IMG/VR virus record: IMGVR_UViG_3300031555_004728
Span: 96,001-160,000 of that record
Length of the DNA: 64,000 nt
From: a virus
Lineage: Duplodnaviria > Caudoviricetes
Reading direction: 5' to 3' (one strand)
In this document: piece by piece, positions 19,105 through 29,359 of the stretch
How positions within the stretch are numbered: position 1 is the stretch's first letter
Layout: each line of letters opens with the position of its first letter
The notes under the pieces: generated by a model
Told to the model about the DNA's origin: nothing
Database searches by the model: none
What the model saw: the letters and a program-made list of their open reading frames with translations, nothing else
Program-made: the position numbers and the translations under genes

Positions 19105-21210
19105 TTAAAATGAAATTATATTTGTAAAACTCTCAGTTTCTCTATTTATACCATTTTTCTTATATCCTGTTGATACACAGTTTAATTTAAGTAAATCTGT
19201 AACTGATTTAAATGGTGCTAAAATAGTTCCTATAACAGAACCAAAATCTATATATGGTTTTACCCATTCAGGAATAGAACCATTTGATGGTATTGCTAAT
19301 ACTTGCATACCTTTTGAGTTAACTGTTAGTTTTCCATTTTTTACTGCCTTTGTAACAAATATTCCTGATTTATCATTAAAAATTTCATTACAAATAGTAT
19401 TATATATTTCAGGTTCTTTATTTTTTAAATCTTTAATATCTTCCTCTCTAAAGATAGTAAGTTTTAACATTTTTACTTTAGAAGGTAATTCAATTGGAGT
19501 ATCAGGATAAATACTATTCCAAGCTAGTACACCTCTAATAGATTGCTCAGAACCTGGTTCAGCATAAGCAGATAATTCTTTAGCATTAGCAATTGGTAAA
19601 TATGTAAGATTTCCACATTGAATATCTTCCATAATATCTTTTTCTAATACTCTAAGTTCTTCTCTTAATGCTCTAACATCAATTTTGTCTGCTTTAAGTA
19701 AATAATCTTCTGATAATCTTGTATAAATTTCTTCACAAATATCAGAAGTGGTCGATTTCTTGAAGTCAAAGCCTTTAATATCAGTTTTAGGAGGATTAAG
19801 CAAGTTACCCTCTCTTAATTTAAATAAAGACATATATCTTTTTTTAACTTCACTGATAATAAGTCTTCTCATAAAAAACTCGTTCTTCATATTAAAACGA
19901 GGTCTAAATTCTTCTGGTATATTTGAACACTCTCCATAGTAAAGTAATATATCTGTTACTACCTGTGTAAGTGTATATGTTATAGTATTGATAATTATAA
20001 ACTCTTTATTTTCTTGTGCTTTATCACATTCATTAGCAAAATTATTAAGAGCAAATTCCATCCACTCATCTAATGCTAAAATATTAGAGTCTGTATCAAT
20101 AACCATTACAGTTTTACGACCAAAGTTTTTAAGTCTATAAATTCTATCAAAAACTAAATATCTTGTATATACATATTTCATATAAATAGATGCTAATTCT
20201 TTTACTTCATTTTCAATAGTTTTAGGTATTGAGTTAGGGTCCATGAATGCTTCATTACAAGCAAATGAATTATAATCATTACCTGTTTTAAATTTACCTC
20301 TAAATTCTGGAGGAATTAAAGTTTCCCAATCATCTCTTTTAGAATCTTTTTTACTAAGTACTGGATATACATTAGTTTTTTCCATAATTAATTTGTTTAA
20401 TGTAAGTACATAACTATGGTCTCTAGTAAATTCTTCTAATCTATTTCTATAATAGATTCTTGTAAGTTCATTTTCTGAAAGATTTGTTAAATAATTCCAC
20501 AACGGTTCTTCATACGAATCTTTCCATTCTAAAAACATATCTTTCATTTTATTATAAACTTCATAAATATTATGTTTTAAAACCCACCCATCAGTTTCAG
20601 GATCCTCTTCAATTTGTTTAACTACTGTATTTAACCAATGAATACATTCATTAAAATCTAAAAATAAATAGTTATCAGCTATAAATCCTTCAAATGTTGA
20701 ATAGCATGTACTTATAACTGACTGTGCAGTTGATGTTGTAGCTCCACCACTCCATTTAGAATAGAATGCTGATGCTGGCATACCTGAAGCTCCATAGTAT
20801 GAGTTTGCATTAATCTTTTGGATTTGTTGTGAAAGATCTAAATCTTTATATTTAGGAGATGTTATATCTTCAATTTTAAACATCTCTTTCTTTAAAGCTT
20901 TACGTTTTTTAAGCATACCATCTAACATGTTAGCGACGGGATTTTCTGCTTCATATTGATTCTTATAAAAAGTTCCATTACCTGCAACAAGTGGCTTATT
21001 ATCAATAGCCCAATCCATTATCGTAAGTAATGTAGAATCTTGTGTTTGTCTTTTAAAGTTATTATCAATTACAACAGATGGATTAGAAAATCCATCTTTC
21101 ATTTCATCTTTGACTAATTTTGATAAGTCATCTTCATCCCAATTGGGATTCATTTGCATCAAACTTTCTACTGCATCTTTCTGATACAGTTCTAAAAAAG
21201 AACTCTTCAT
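19105..21210 (-). CDS. Family B DNA polymerase, catalytic (C-terminal) subunit of a split jumbo-phage polymerase
   Basis: QKINANSYYG (motif B), VIDTDS (motif C), KKRY; no exonuclease domain in this ORF. Confidence 0.85.
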   Translation of the reverse strand: MKSSFLELYQKDAVESLMQMNPNWDEDDLSKLVKDEMKDGFSNPSVVIDNNFKRQTQDSTLLTIMDWAIDNKPLVAGNGTFYKNQYEAENPVANMLDGMLKKRKALKKEMFKIEDITSPKYKDLDLSQQIQKINANSYYGASGMPASAFYSKWSGGATTSTAQSVISTCYSTFEGFIADNYLFLDFNECIHWLNTVVKQIEEDPETDGWVLKHNIYEVYNKMKDMFLEWKDSYEEPLWNYLTNLSENELTRIYYRNRLEEFTRDHSYVLTLNKLIMEKTNVYPVLSKKDSKRDDWETLIPPEFRGKFKTGNDYNSFACNEAFMDPNSIPKTIENEVKELASIYMKYVYTRYLVFDRIYRLKNFGRKTVMVIDTDSNILALDEWMEFALNNFANECDKAQENKEFIIINTITYTLTQVVTDILLYYGECSNIPEEFRPRFNMKNEFFMRRLIISEVKKRYMSLFKLREGNLLNPPKTDIKGFDFKKSTTSDICEEIYTRLSEDYLLKADKIDVRALREELRVLEKDIMEDIQCGNLTYLPIANAKELSAYAEPGSEQSIRGVLAWNSIYPDTPIELPSKVKMLKLTIFREEDIKDLKNKEPEIYNTICNEIFNDKSGIFVTKAVKNGKLTVNSKGMQVLAIPSNGSIPEWVKPYIDFGSVIGTILAPFKSVTDLLKLNCVSTGYKKNGINRETESFTNIISF

Positions 21211-21296
21211 AAATAAAAAATCCTTTCATTATAATTAGCATTTTGTTTTTTAGAATATTCGAAACTATAATTATAAAATGAAAGGAGATATTAACT

Positions 21297-21665
21297 ATGT
21301 CAATTAATATTTCAAAGAAAATGCTAGAGTTGTATGATGTTTTTAAACGTGATAATAGTTTAGGTGAATTTTCTGATGGATATCATACTTTCAATGAATT
21401 ATATCATCATAGAGCTTTATTATTTGCTACTATTTGTAAAATGTTTAAAGATAAAGCATGGAAATCAAAACTTCATGATACAGGTGATATGTATGATGGT
21501 ATGTTTATTGTAGGTATTGAAACACCAGAAGGGCAAGCTACATATCATTATGATATTGATCCTTATTGGGATAAATTTGATGTTAAAGAACTTGACAAAG
21601 CACCTAAATATGATGGTCATACACCTGAAGAAGCATTAGAAAGAATTTATAAACTAGTTGATTAA
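21297..21665 (+). CDS. Conserved phage hypothetical protein (SDGYHTFNELY...YDGHT)
   Basis: 122 aa, AAGGAG SD. Confidence 0.75.
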   Translation: MSINISKKMLELYDVFKRDNSLGEFSDGYHTFNELYHHRALLFATICKMFKDKAWKSKLHDTGDMYDGMFIVGIETPEGQATYHYDIDPYWDKFDVKELDKAPKYDGHTPEEALERIYKLVD

Positions 21666-21725
21666 CGTCAACTAGTTTATCTTTTGTATTAATATATTAT
21701 TTTAATATGAAAGAAGGTGAAATTA

Positions 21726-22406
21726 ATGGTAGATCATCCATTTTATTATGATAGCTTACATTCATTAGATATATTAGGGATATCACAAGAACCAGATTTT
21801 GATACTTATACTGAAAATAAAATTCAACTATTTGATGATGATTCATTTGATCCTGTAAAAGAATATACTGAACAACCAGATGGTGATCCAACAAAGATAG
21901 AATTATTGCTTAATATAACAAGTTTTGAGCATCATTCAAATGCTTACTTTTTATACGAAAATTTATTCTTAAAATTTCCAAGTGAGTATCATGATATTTT
22001 AAAATCTATAATATCACTAATAGCTTTTACATCGATTAGATTTAGTGAAACTGATTCTTTTGATATGAAAGAATATGCCGAAAATTTTAAAGTGAATAAA
22101 AATGAAATTCTATCATATTTTAATAGATACTCATATGCAATTGATAATTTTACTACTGCAGACTGGCATATTGGTATGTTATTATCAGATACAAATATTC
22201 ATTGGTTTGAAGATATTTTGGAAAAAGATGAATTTGTAATTGGATTTAAGGTTTTATTCAATAGAAAATTTACAGAAAAAGAATTTTATACTTATAGAAA
22301 TTATATAATAGATTGGTTATATAACGAGCTAGCAATATTTATTCCAACTAATTTATTATATAATGACTATGAAACAGATACAATTTATGAATGGACATAT
22401 GGTTAG
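21726..22406 (+). CDS. Hypothetical protein
   Basis: Long ORF with GAAGGTG SD, early-type motif upstream. Confidence 0.7.
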   Translation: MVDHPFYYDSLHSLDILGISQEPDFDTYTENKIQLFDDDSFDPVKEYTEQPDGDPTKIELLLNITSFEHHSNAYFLYENLFLKFPSEYHDILKSIISLIAFTSIRFSETDSFDMKEYAENFKVNKNEILSYFNRYSYAIDNFTTADWHIGMLLSDTNIHWFEDILEKDEFVIGFKVLFNRKFTEKEFYTYRNYIIDWLYNELAIFIPTNLLYNDYETDTIYEWTYG

Positions 22407-22417
22407 GAGGTGTTAAT

Positions 22418-23143
22418 ATGGATAGTGTTAATATATTGACATGTGAAAATATAACAGGATTTAGAGACTTTTATTATGATGGATTTAGTAATATATTCGA
22501 ATTAAGAGATAATAAGATATTCGATACGTGTTATGGAATTTATATTTTAGATCCTAACTCAGGAATAACACCAAAAATCTGGGAACAACATAAATATTTA
22601 TATCCAAATGTAAATTATATCAATTTTAAAAAAGAATCATTAAAAAATCAACTAACTAAAATTGAACTTGATAGAGTTAAGTTATTTTATGCATATATGC
22701 TTTTAGAACCCGTATCCCATAGTAACTTTTTAGAAATGTGTAAAGGAAATAGATTAGATCCTAAAAATTATAAACAGGTTTTAAATTTTATATTTGATTA
22801 TGTATTTTCATCAGAACCTAGTCAAAATTTCTTATTAGCATATTTCTTAGATAACCTTGAATATCCATATGGTAGAAATTATGATGATTATAACAAGATT
22901 CAAAAATTTTTAAGTATATTAAATTTAGAATGGTGTAAGTATCAATTAGCAGTATATGATATCATTTATCCAGATGATTTGTTTACATCATTTTCTATAT
23001 TTGATGGGTATATGGATGAAAGTTTCGGTTCTAATATAGAGCATAATACAATTGTAGGTCCGTCATATGATAATCAGTATGATATAATAAATAGACTTAC
23101 AATATACGATTACAATACATGTCAAACATCTTCTGATGAATAG
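22418..23143 (+). CDS. Hypothetical protein
   Basis: Start moved to MDSVNIL with AGGAGG SD. Confidence 0.7.
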   Translation: MDSVNILTCENITGFRDFYYDGFSNIFELRDNKIFDTCYGIYILDPNSGITPKIWEQHKYLYPNVNYINFKKESLKNQLTKIELDRVKLFYAYMLLEPVSHSNFLEMCKGNRLDPKNYKQVLNFIFDYVFSSEPSQNFLLAYFLDNLEYPYGRNYDDYNKIQKFLSILNLEWCKYQLAVYDIIYPDDLFTSFSIFDGYMDESFGSNIEHNTIVGPSYDNQYDIINRLTIYDYNTCQTSSDE

Positions 23144-23255
23144 ATAATCTGTATGATTGAAATAAGAAGGATTTTTACATATCCTTCTTATTTTTTTACA
23201 TATTTTTCTTGCACATTTATATAAAATATAAATAAAAAGAAAGGCGGTTTGTATT

Positions 23256-23849
23256 ATGTTGCAATTTAACGGTATACAAAATTCGTCAGATCTTGCATCA
23301 TATAATGCTGAAGAACAGGTTAAAACAACAACCAATATATCAAAAAAAGATGATTTGGCATCTAGTATAGTACATAAATTTTTAGAAAGCATTCTTGCAG
23401 ATACATTGACGAATGACGAACCAGTGAGTTTCTATGAATATGAAGTAGATGACTCAGTAGATTTAAAACAACTACAGTACACAGTCGACACAATAATTTA
23501 TTCAATTTTCAATAAAAACCTTTTTGCATTACCTGATGTATTTTATAGTCCAGCGAATGATGCAAAACCAATCAGCAGACTAGTAATTCATTCTCCTAAT
23601 ACAATAAAATCTATTATGAGATCAGATGAAAGATTAGAACGTGAAGTATCTGAATTTTTAAATTCAAATTTATCAGTTCTTAAATCCGGACATCCTATAA
23701 CATTTACGGGGTTTGAACATGTTGTTAGTACACTTCCTTATGCATATGCTGAAAGTAGAAGTAGTTCAATTGTTAATAATTTGGATTGTAAAGGTTATAC
23801 GACACATTGGGATAATACGACTATGTATTTAACTATATCCGTTAAATAA
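23256..23849 (+). CDS. Hypothetical protein
   Basis: 197-aa ORF with AAAGGCGG SD. Confidence 0.7.
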   Translation: MLQFNGIQNSSDLASYNAEEQVKTTTNISKKDDLASSIVHKFLESILADTLTNDEPVSFYEYEVDDSVDLKQLQYTVDTIIYSIFNKNLFALPDVFYSPANDAKPISRLVIHSPNTIKSIMRSDERLEREVSEFLNSNLSVLKSGHPITFTGFEHVVSTLPYAYAESRSSSIVNNLDCKGYTTHWDNTTMYLTISVK

Positions 23850-23912
23850 TTATAGATTTATATACTAAGAAAACATTACTCTAAATATTCTAAAAGAAAG
23901 GAATATAAAATT

Positions 23913-24218
23913 ATGGGAATTATTAATTCTGGATTACAATCCATAGCAGAAGAACGAGCAAGAGCTATTGGTAAAATAGAAAGAATTAGTTCAGAGGTTA
24001 CAGAATCTGTTGCAGACGAATTAGTTGAAACAGCAACTTCTGGATTAATGATGGAATCTGCAGAAGGAGAATTGACTAATGAAGAGCTTGAAGAACTTCT
24101 TAGAGAACTCCCTGATGATGCAGAACTCGAAAAAGAGGAAATTGCAAGAATCCTTGCTTGTGATGATGAAGATATTGACATTGACGATATCGTTGGTGTT
24201 GTAACAAATGCCGAATAA
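23913..24218 (+). CDS. Small acidic protein with ES motifs
   Basis: 101 aa, AAGGA SD, late motif at 23872. Confidence 0.7.
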   Translation: MGIINSGLQSIAEERARAIGKIERISSEVTESVADELVETATSGLMMESAEGELTNEELEELLRELPDDAELEKEEIARILACDDEDIDIDDIVGVVTNAE

Positions 24219-24232
24219 GGAGGAAACGTAAA

Positions 24233-24874
24233 ATGTCAACAGTGTTGAATAGTAATTTTAGAAGATGTGATATACTTACAAATGGACCATTAGCAGAATT
24301 AAATTTTGTAGTTGGTCCAGTTTATAATTGTAAGTTGACAACACCACAGATTATAAAATTAGTTAAAAATGGAAAAATCGTAAAAGAGATTAATCCATCA
24401 AATCCAAATGAAAAGGTTCAATTAACAGTTTTGACATGTCAAAAGTCTCCATTCAATCGTGGAGATGTTAAAACACCTGCAAATAATCAGGTTGAAAAAG
24501 TAGTTGAACCTGAAAAACAGCAGGTTATTAGTGAACCTGAAAAAACAATTCTTGTTGAAAAAGAAGATGAAAAATCTACTGATGAACAAGAAGAAAAACT
24601 TGACGAATTTCAATTATTCTTAAGAGATGCAGGTTTAACTGCAGAAGAATATAGAAAACTTTCTAGACAAGAAAGAAGAAGAATTCGTGAAGAAGTATCA
24701 AGCAAAAAACATGCCGAGCAGGAACAGAAAGTTAGCGAACAAATCGCAGAAACTGTAACAACTGAAGTACAGGAAGAAACACCGGTTACTATACCTGATA
24801 ATCAATTTGTCAACGAAAATTCAGTTGTTGAGTCAGTTAGTACAGAAGAGGCTGTAATCTCTGCAGACATGTAA
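24233..24874 (+). CDS. Hypothetical protein with acidic low-complexity C-terminus
   Basis: 213 aa, AAGGAGG SD. Confidence 0.75.
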   Translation: MSTVLNSNFRRCDILTNGPLAELNFVVGPVYNCKLTTPQIIKLVKNGKIVKEINPSNPNEKVQLTVLTCQKSPFNRGDVKTPANNQVEKVVEPEKQQVISEPEKTILVEKEDEKSTDEQEEKLDEFQLFLRDAGLTAEEYRKLSRQERRRIREEVSSKKHAEQEQKVSEQIAETVTTEVQEETPVTIPDNQFVNENSVVESVSTEEAVISADM

Positions 24875-24876
24875 AA

Positions 24877-24912
24877 AATAAACCTTACTGATTTTATTCA
24901 GTAAGGTTTATT
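24877..24912. terminator. Intrinsic terminator
   Basis: AATAAACCTTACTGA-N6-TCAGTAAGGTTTATT. Confidence 0.7.
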
Positions 24913-24918
24913 CATTTT

Positions 24919-25017
24919 CTATTCTATAATAACGGAGGTTGATTCTTCGATTGAGTAAACCTCTTCTTCATCCTCCCTTCTAACAATAATCATTTTTTGA
25001 CCTCTTAAATTTTGCAT
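24919..25017 (-). CDS. Possible 32-aa peptide
   Basis: MQNLRGQKMIIVRREDEEEV..., GAGGT SD and early-type motif at 25053. Confidence 0.4.
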   Translation of the reverse strand: MQNLRGQKMIIVRREDEEEVYSIEESTSVIIE

Positions 25018-25147
25018 AATCTAGTACCTCTCTTTTTCTTTTATTCATATTTATAATATATTCATAAATTTTCTCTGTTTTACATTTAATTTATTACTTT
25101 ACAAAATATTAATCTTAAAAATTTTATTTAATAAGGAGGAAATTATC

Positions 25148-26152
25148 ATGGCAGTTTCACGCTATGAAAGCAATTTCATGAATTATGTTTTTGATATTAT
25201 GCAAAATGGCTTTTATCAAAAAAATGAAAGAACAGGAGTTGCTACAAAAAGAAGATCACATATGATCTTAGGAGTAGATTGTGCTGAAGAATGTCCAATC
25301 TTGAAATCAAAGAAAACATTTTGGAAATCATCTGTTGAAGAAGCATTCTGGATTTTCAGAGATGGATCAAATAATATCCATGATCTTAGACCACATATCT
25401 GGGATGACTGGGCAGATGAAAATGGTATCGTTGCAAAAACATATGGATACCAGATTAAAGAATATGATCAAGTTAATCGTGTGTTAAATGATTTAGCACG
25501 TGATTCTTCAACAAGACGAGCTGTTATTGACTTATGGAATAATGCAGATTTACCAGAGATGGCTATTACACCATGTGTATATACATCAGTTTGGGATATT
25601 GTAGATGGTCAGTTGAATGTACTTGTAACAAGCCGTTCATGTGACTTGTTAGTTGGTGGAGTATTTAATGTATTCCAATACACAGTTCTTAACAAATTAT
25701 TTGCTCGTCATCTCGGTGTAAAACCAGGAATCTTAACATTTGTTGCTGCAGATGCATATATTTATGAAAATCAATTTGATGGGTGTAACCAGATGTTAAA
25801 ACAATATCAGGTTCTTCTTGCAATTGGTATTCTTACAGATGAGTTAGGAAGAGTTCCTACAAATGAAGAATTCATTAATATCGTAAATGAAAGATCTTCT
25901 GTAGAATTATCAGATGAAGAAATGAAAAATCCAATGAATGTAATCAATAATGCAAGATTTAAATCAATCAAAGGTGTTATTGATACAACATTGGAAGTGG
26001 ATCCTGAATTTAATTTTGTAGAGGTTTATGAATGTGAACCATCAATCAGAATTGATGAGGGGAATACAGATTTCTTTAAAACTGTTATTGAAGATATTCA
26101 TGTTGACAACTACAAGAGTATGTCAAAAGTTGATTTTCCTGTAGCCGTATAA
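25148..26152 (+). CDS. thyA: Thymidylate synthase
   Basis: IWDDW, YGYQ, RR, ITPCV (catalytic Cys), RSCD, FNVFQY; most like the Bacillus ThyA/ThyP type. Confidence 0.9.
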   Translation: MAVSRYESNFMNYVFDIMQNGFYQKNERTGVATKRRSHMILGVDCAEECPILKSKKTFWKSSVEEAFWIFRDGSNNIHDLRPHIWDDWADENGIVAKTYGYQIKEYDQVNRVLNDLARDSSTRRAVIDLWNNADLPEMAITPCVYTSVWDIVDGQLNVLVTSRSCDLLVGGVFNVFQYTVLNKLFARHLGVKPGILTFVAADAYIYENQFDGCNQMLKQYQVLLAIGILTDELGRVPTNEEFINIVNERSSVELSDEEMKNPMNVINNARFKSIKGVIDTTLEVDPEFNFVEVYECEPSIRIDEGNTDFFKTVIEDIHVDNYKSMSKVDFPVAV

Positions 26153-26193
26153 AATAAATGGAGATGTAGATTTTTCTACATCTCCATTTATTT

Positions 26194-26562
26194 TTATTTC
26201 CACCTTCCTATTGCTAATAAACTAACGGCTAATATAACAGATTCAGTATCATCTCCACCCATTGAATTCCAGCTACCAAAATATCTTAATTCTATCATAT
26301 TAGAATAGTGAGTACAATCAGCTTGAACTAGGTCTGAATAATGCCAATCACAACTAGCACTGACTACAGGACGTGTATAAAATGTTATAGGCATTTCTAT
26401 TCTCTTACTAACTACAAACATATCAGCCCAAGCATTTACTCTATTAGATGTATCAAATTGAATATCAGATCTTGAATAGCAGTATGCTAGACCATTTTCA
26501 TATTTAACATACCCCCATTCACCATTTGTACCTTGTTCTTGATACTCTATAATTCGGTTGCA
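26194..26562 (-). CDS. Cassette 7: gp53-like tail-fibre tip domain
   Basis: CNRIIEYQEQGTNGEWGYVKYENGLAYCY...MPITFYTRPVV...AIGRWK*. Confidence 0.85.
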   Translation of the reverse strand, partial: CNRIIEYQEQGTNGEWGYVKYENGLAYCYSRSDIQFDTSNRVNAWADMFVVSKRIEMPITFYTRPVVSASCDWHYSDLVQADCTHYSNMIELRYFGSWNSMGGDDTESVILAVSLLAIGRWK

Positions 26563-26639
26563 GTTTTGTTAAGTAAGTTTTCTGTAATTCTCGTGAATTA
26601 TCGATAACTAGAGAAAGTTAACTTAACAAAATTGGTTCC
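26556..26639 (-). repeat. 84-bp hairpin repeat copy 7
   Basis: Loop allele shared with copy 17. Confidence 0.97.
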
Positions 26640-26678
26640 ACCCCTCTTATACCACCTTATCCACTCATATTTTTATCT

Positions 26679-27002
26679 TTAATAAAATGATACTAATACA
26701 GGAAACGTTCCTTCAGTAATACGTTTAAGGGTATACCTTTTTGTATTTGGGTTTATAACTATTTCTCCAACTCCACCATTATACTCTACTCTAAAAGTAT
26801 GATTAATAGTACTATCATCCATCCATCTTAAAGGTATAAATGTTGTTCCTTGATATACATCATAACCATTCCATATTCTTAGTAATGCAAAATTTGCATT
26901 ATATGGTATAGCGCCAGTAACACCAGTAGTACTAGTTGTATATACTGTCCCATCTGTTGATTTACTTATCATTAAATTAGGTATTATTTCTTGTTGGTTG
27001 CA
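26679..27002 (-). CDS. Cassette 8: beta-rich domain
   Basis: CNQQEIIPNL then MISKSTDG...VLVSFY*. Confidence 0.7.
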   Translation of the reverse strand, partial: CNQQEIIPNLMISKSTDGTVYTTSTTGVTGAIPYNANFALLRIWNGYDVYQGTTFIPLRWMDDSTINHTFRVEYNGGVGEIVINPNTKRYTLKRITEGTFPVLVSFY

Positions 27003-27079
27003 GTTTTGTTAAGTAAGATTTCTGTAAACATCGTAAATTACCGATAACTAGAGAAAGTTAACTTAACAAAATTGGTTCA
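26996..27079 (-). repeat. 84-bp hairpin repeat copy 8
   Basis: Loop allele shared with copy 4. Confidence 0.97.
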
Positions 27080-27156
27080 CCCTCCCCTACTCCAACTCAC
27101 TCTATAAATTTATATAAAAGTATCTAGTAGAAATTAATCTACTAGATACTTAAATT

Positions 27157-28110
27157 TTAAGGTTTTACTAATGCACCTTGCTTAGCAAGTTTTACTAACT
27201 TGAGATTCTGAGGACCAGAACCTGTATAATTTGAAATTCCATTTGCTACAGCAATTGGTTTTCTGTTAGCAGGTTTTCCACGATATTTAGCTGGAACTTT
27301 AATAGCTTCAAGAACTTCATCCAACTTAGTTGAACCACCTGTATATTTAGAATAGTATTTTGTTGTAGAAGCTGGTTTTGTTGTAGTTGTAACACCACTT
27401 AATTTATTAACCATAGCTCTAACTTCTTGATATGGATATGGGCATCCATGTGATTTTAATGATGCTTCTCTCACATCATGTCCATTTCCATGATCTCCTA
27501 CTTTAACCTCATTAGCCCAATCTTCTAATGATTTTTCAGGCTCTGGAGTAGCAAGTGGTGCAGATACTGAAGGGGCTTCAGTAACTACTTGGTTTTGAAC
27601 TGAGATTCCAAAGCATTCCAAAATACCTTTAGCAATATCTTCCATTCTTGTATTAAAGATATTTACATCTTCTGCATTTGAAATGAATCCAATTTCAATA
27701 AGTCTGTAGTTATATCCTTTTTCAGCAGCTCTCTTTGGATTTGCTAAATTAGTTCTACCAACTATTGTATTACTACGTCCTGGAAGAATTCCTGATAAAA
27801 ATGCAGCTAATTTCTTGTCATATTCATCGGCTTCATAATTACCCCAAATAATAACATGGGCACCACGAGCACTTGATCTTGGATTTGAATCCATATGGAG
27901 TTCACAAAGTAACCAATCTTTAGATAAATTCAATTTTGTGATACCGTTATCTTTATAATAGTTTCTATCTTCTTCTGAGATCATTACTTGGTCACCACCA
28001 AGTGTTTTAAGTACTTTGGCTAAAGTACGAACTCTTTCATACTCTTGATAACCATTTCCACAAGCACCTGGATCACCAGCACCATGACCTGTAATAAAGA
28101 ATACACCCAT
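27157..28110 (-). CDS. N-acetylmuramoyl-L-alanine amidase (Amidase_3) with C-terminal wall-binding region
   Basis: N-terminal ~170 aa nearly the same as 17333 lysin; different C-terminus. Confidence 0.9.
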   Translation of the reverse strand: MGVFFITGHGAGDPGACGNGYQEYERVRTLAKVLKTLGGDQVMISEEDRNYYKDNGITKLNLSKDWLLCELHMDSNPRSSARGAHVIIWGNYEADEYDKKLAAFLSGILPGRSNTIVGRTNLANPKRAAEKGYNYRLIEIGFISNAEDVNIFNTRMEDIAKGILECFGISVQNQVVTEAPSVSAPLATPEPEKSLEDWANEVKVGDHGNGHDVREASLKSHGCPYPYQEVRAMVNKLSGVTTTTKPASTTKYYSKYTGGSTKLDEVLEAIKVPAKYRGKPANRKPIAVANGISNYTGSGPQNLKLVKLAKQGALVKP

Positions 28111-28174
28111 TGTATTTTCCTCCTTTATTCATAATGGTTATATTTCTGTTTCCTATATGAATAAATAAAGGTTA

Positions 28175-28546
28175 TTATTGAGATATAAAGCCCATTATCA
28201 TAATTCTAGCTTGAAACGAATCAGAATCTTTCCATAATCTTCCATAATTTATATAAAATAAATCACCATCAACCCAAGAATTAATTGCCATAATACCATT
28301 ACTTGCAGAACTAGATATTGATACATGATTTGCATTAAATGGCAATTCATATGTGAAAGTACCACTTGCATACCAACCTCTAGCTTGAGTATCGAATGCA
28401 ACATTTGTATATGATTCAAACCTTATAGCTATAAAAAAATTATTAGAAAATTTCATTATATACCAATCAGAAACTATAGTCCCATTGAATATATCTTCTG
28501 TTATGTATATTTTAGAAAGAGTATTCCACATATCTTGCTGATTGCA
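28175..28546 (-). CDS. Cassette 9: gp53-like fibre tip domain
   Basis: CNQQD then MWNTLSK...WYIMKFSNNFF...YELPF...IMIMGFISQ*. Confidence 0.75.
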   Translation of the reverse strand, partial: CNQQDMWNTLSKIYITEDIFNGTIVSDWYIMKFSNNFFIAIRFESYTNVAFDTQARGWYASGTFTYELPFNANHVSISSSASNGIMAINSWVDGDLFYINYGRLWKDSDSFQARIMIMGFISQ

Positions 28547-28623
28547 GTTTTGTTAAGTAAGGTTTCTGTAATCCTCGTGAATTATCGAAAGATAGAGAAA
28601 GTTAACTTAACAAAATTGGTTCC
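28540..28623 (-). repeat. 84-bp hairpin repeat copy 9
   Basis: Loop allele shared with copy 13. Confidence 0.97.
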
Positions 28624-28675
28624 CCCCCAACTCTCCAAATATACTATCTCAGATTTTATATATTATTTTTACATA

Positions 28676-28972
28676 TTAAATATAATATGTAAAATCAAAA
28701 CATACAAAAGTAACTACACCAGGAAATCTAAATTGTAATGTATCACCATCATTAGGTATAAATGCTATCCCTGAATACTGAAATATTTCAAATGTCTGGT
28801 CTATTCCGACACATGAACCAGCAAAAATTGCCTTTGATGTTTTATAAGGTAAAGTTATGGCAGCCTTAGAGTTATTTATTGGATAGTGTCCAAATATATG
28901 GACTAAATTTTTATCTTTTGTATATCTGATGTAACCGCCAGAACCATATAAATATTCTAAATTATGGTTGCA
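28676..28972 (-). CDS. Cassette 10: start-less fibre tip-like domain
   Basis: CNHNLEYLYGSGGYIRYTKDKNLVHIFG...ITLPY...FDFTYYI*; no ATG; missed by ORF track. Confidence 0.75.
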   Translation of the reverse strand, partial: CNHNLEYLYGSGGYIRYTKDKNLVHIFGHYPINNSKAAITLPYKTSKAIFAGSCVGIDQTFEIFQYSGIAFIPNDGDTLQFRFPGVVTFVCFDFTYYI

Positions 28973-29049
28973 GTTTTGTTAAGTAAGATTTCTGTAATCA
29001 AAGGAAATTATCGATAGATAGAGAAAGTTAACTTAACAAAATTGGTTCC
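28966..29049 (-). repeat. 84-bp hairpin repeat copy 10
   Basis: Consensus match. Confidence 0.97.
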
Positions 29050-29170
29050 CCCCCCCAATCTACCATATCAAGAACTCTAATTTAAATTTATAAAAAGAAC
29101 TGATTTTTAAAGCACATTATTTTAAGATTTCAATCGACAAACTTTATTTTTTAGAAAGGATTAATGTGCT

Positions 29171-29359
29171 ATGAGTAATGAAAGATATACAGGTCCATCT
29201 CAATTTTATTTAGAAGTATTATTAGATCCAGATAGGGTTAATCATAAATCTAAAATAAACCATTTTGATAGGAAACCTTATCATACAATGAGTGGACGAA
29301 ATTTAATGAAAGTTTATAAAAAGGAGGTTGACAAAAATGATAGAAAGAATCAAACATAG
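29171..29359 (+). CDS. Small hypothetical protein
   Basis: 62 aa, AAAGGA SD. Confidence 0.55.
   Translation: MSNERYTGPSQFYLEVLLDPDRVNHKSKINHFDRKPYHTMSGRNLMKVYKKEVDKNDRKNQT

Noticed and set aside
28535-28738. ORFs running through the repeat on the antisense strand (also 59414-59638 and 47011-47271)
   Set aside because: Most copies have a stop (CGA TAA or similar) in that frame, so the peptide is not conserved.
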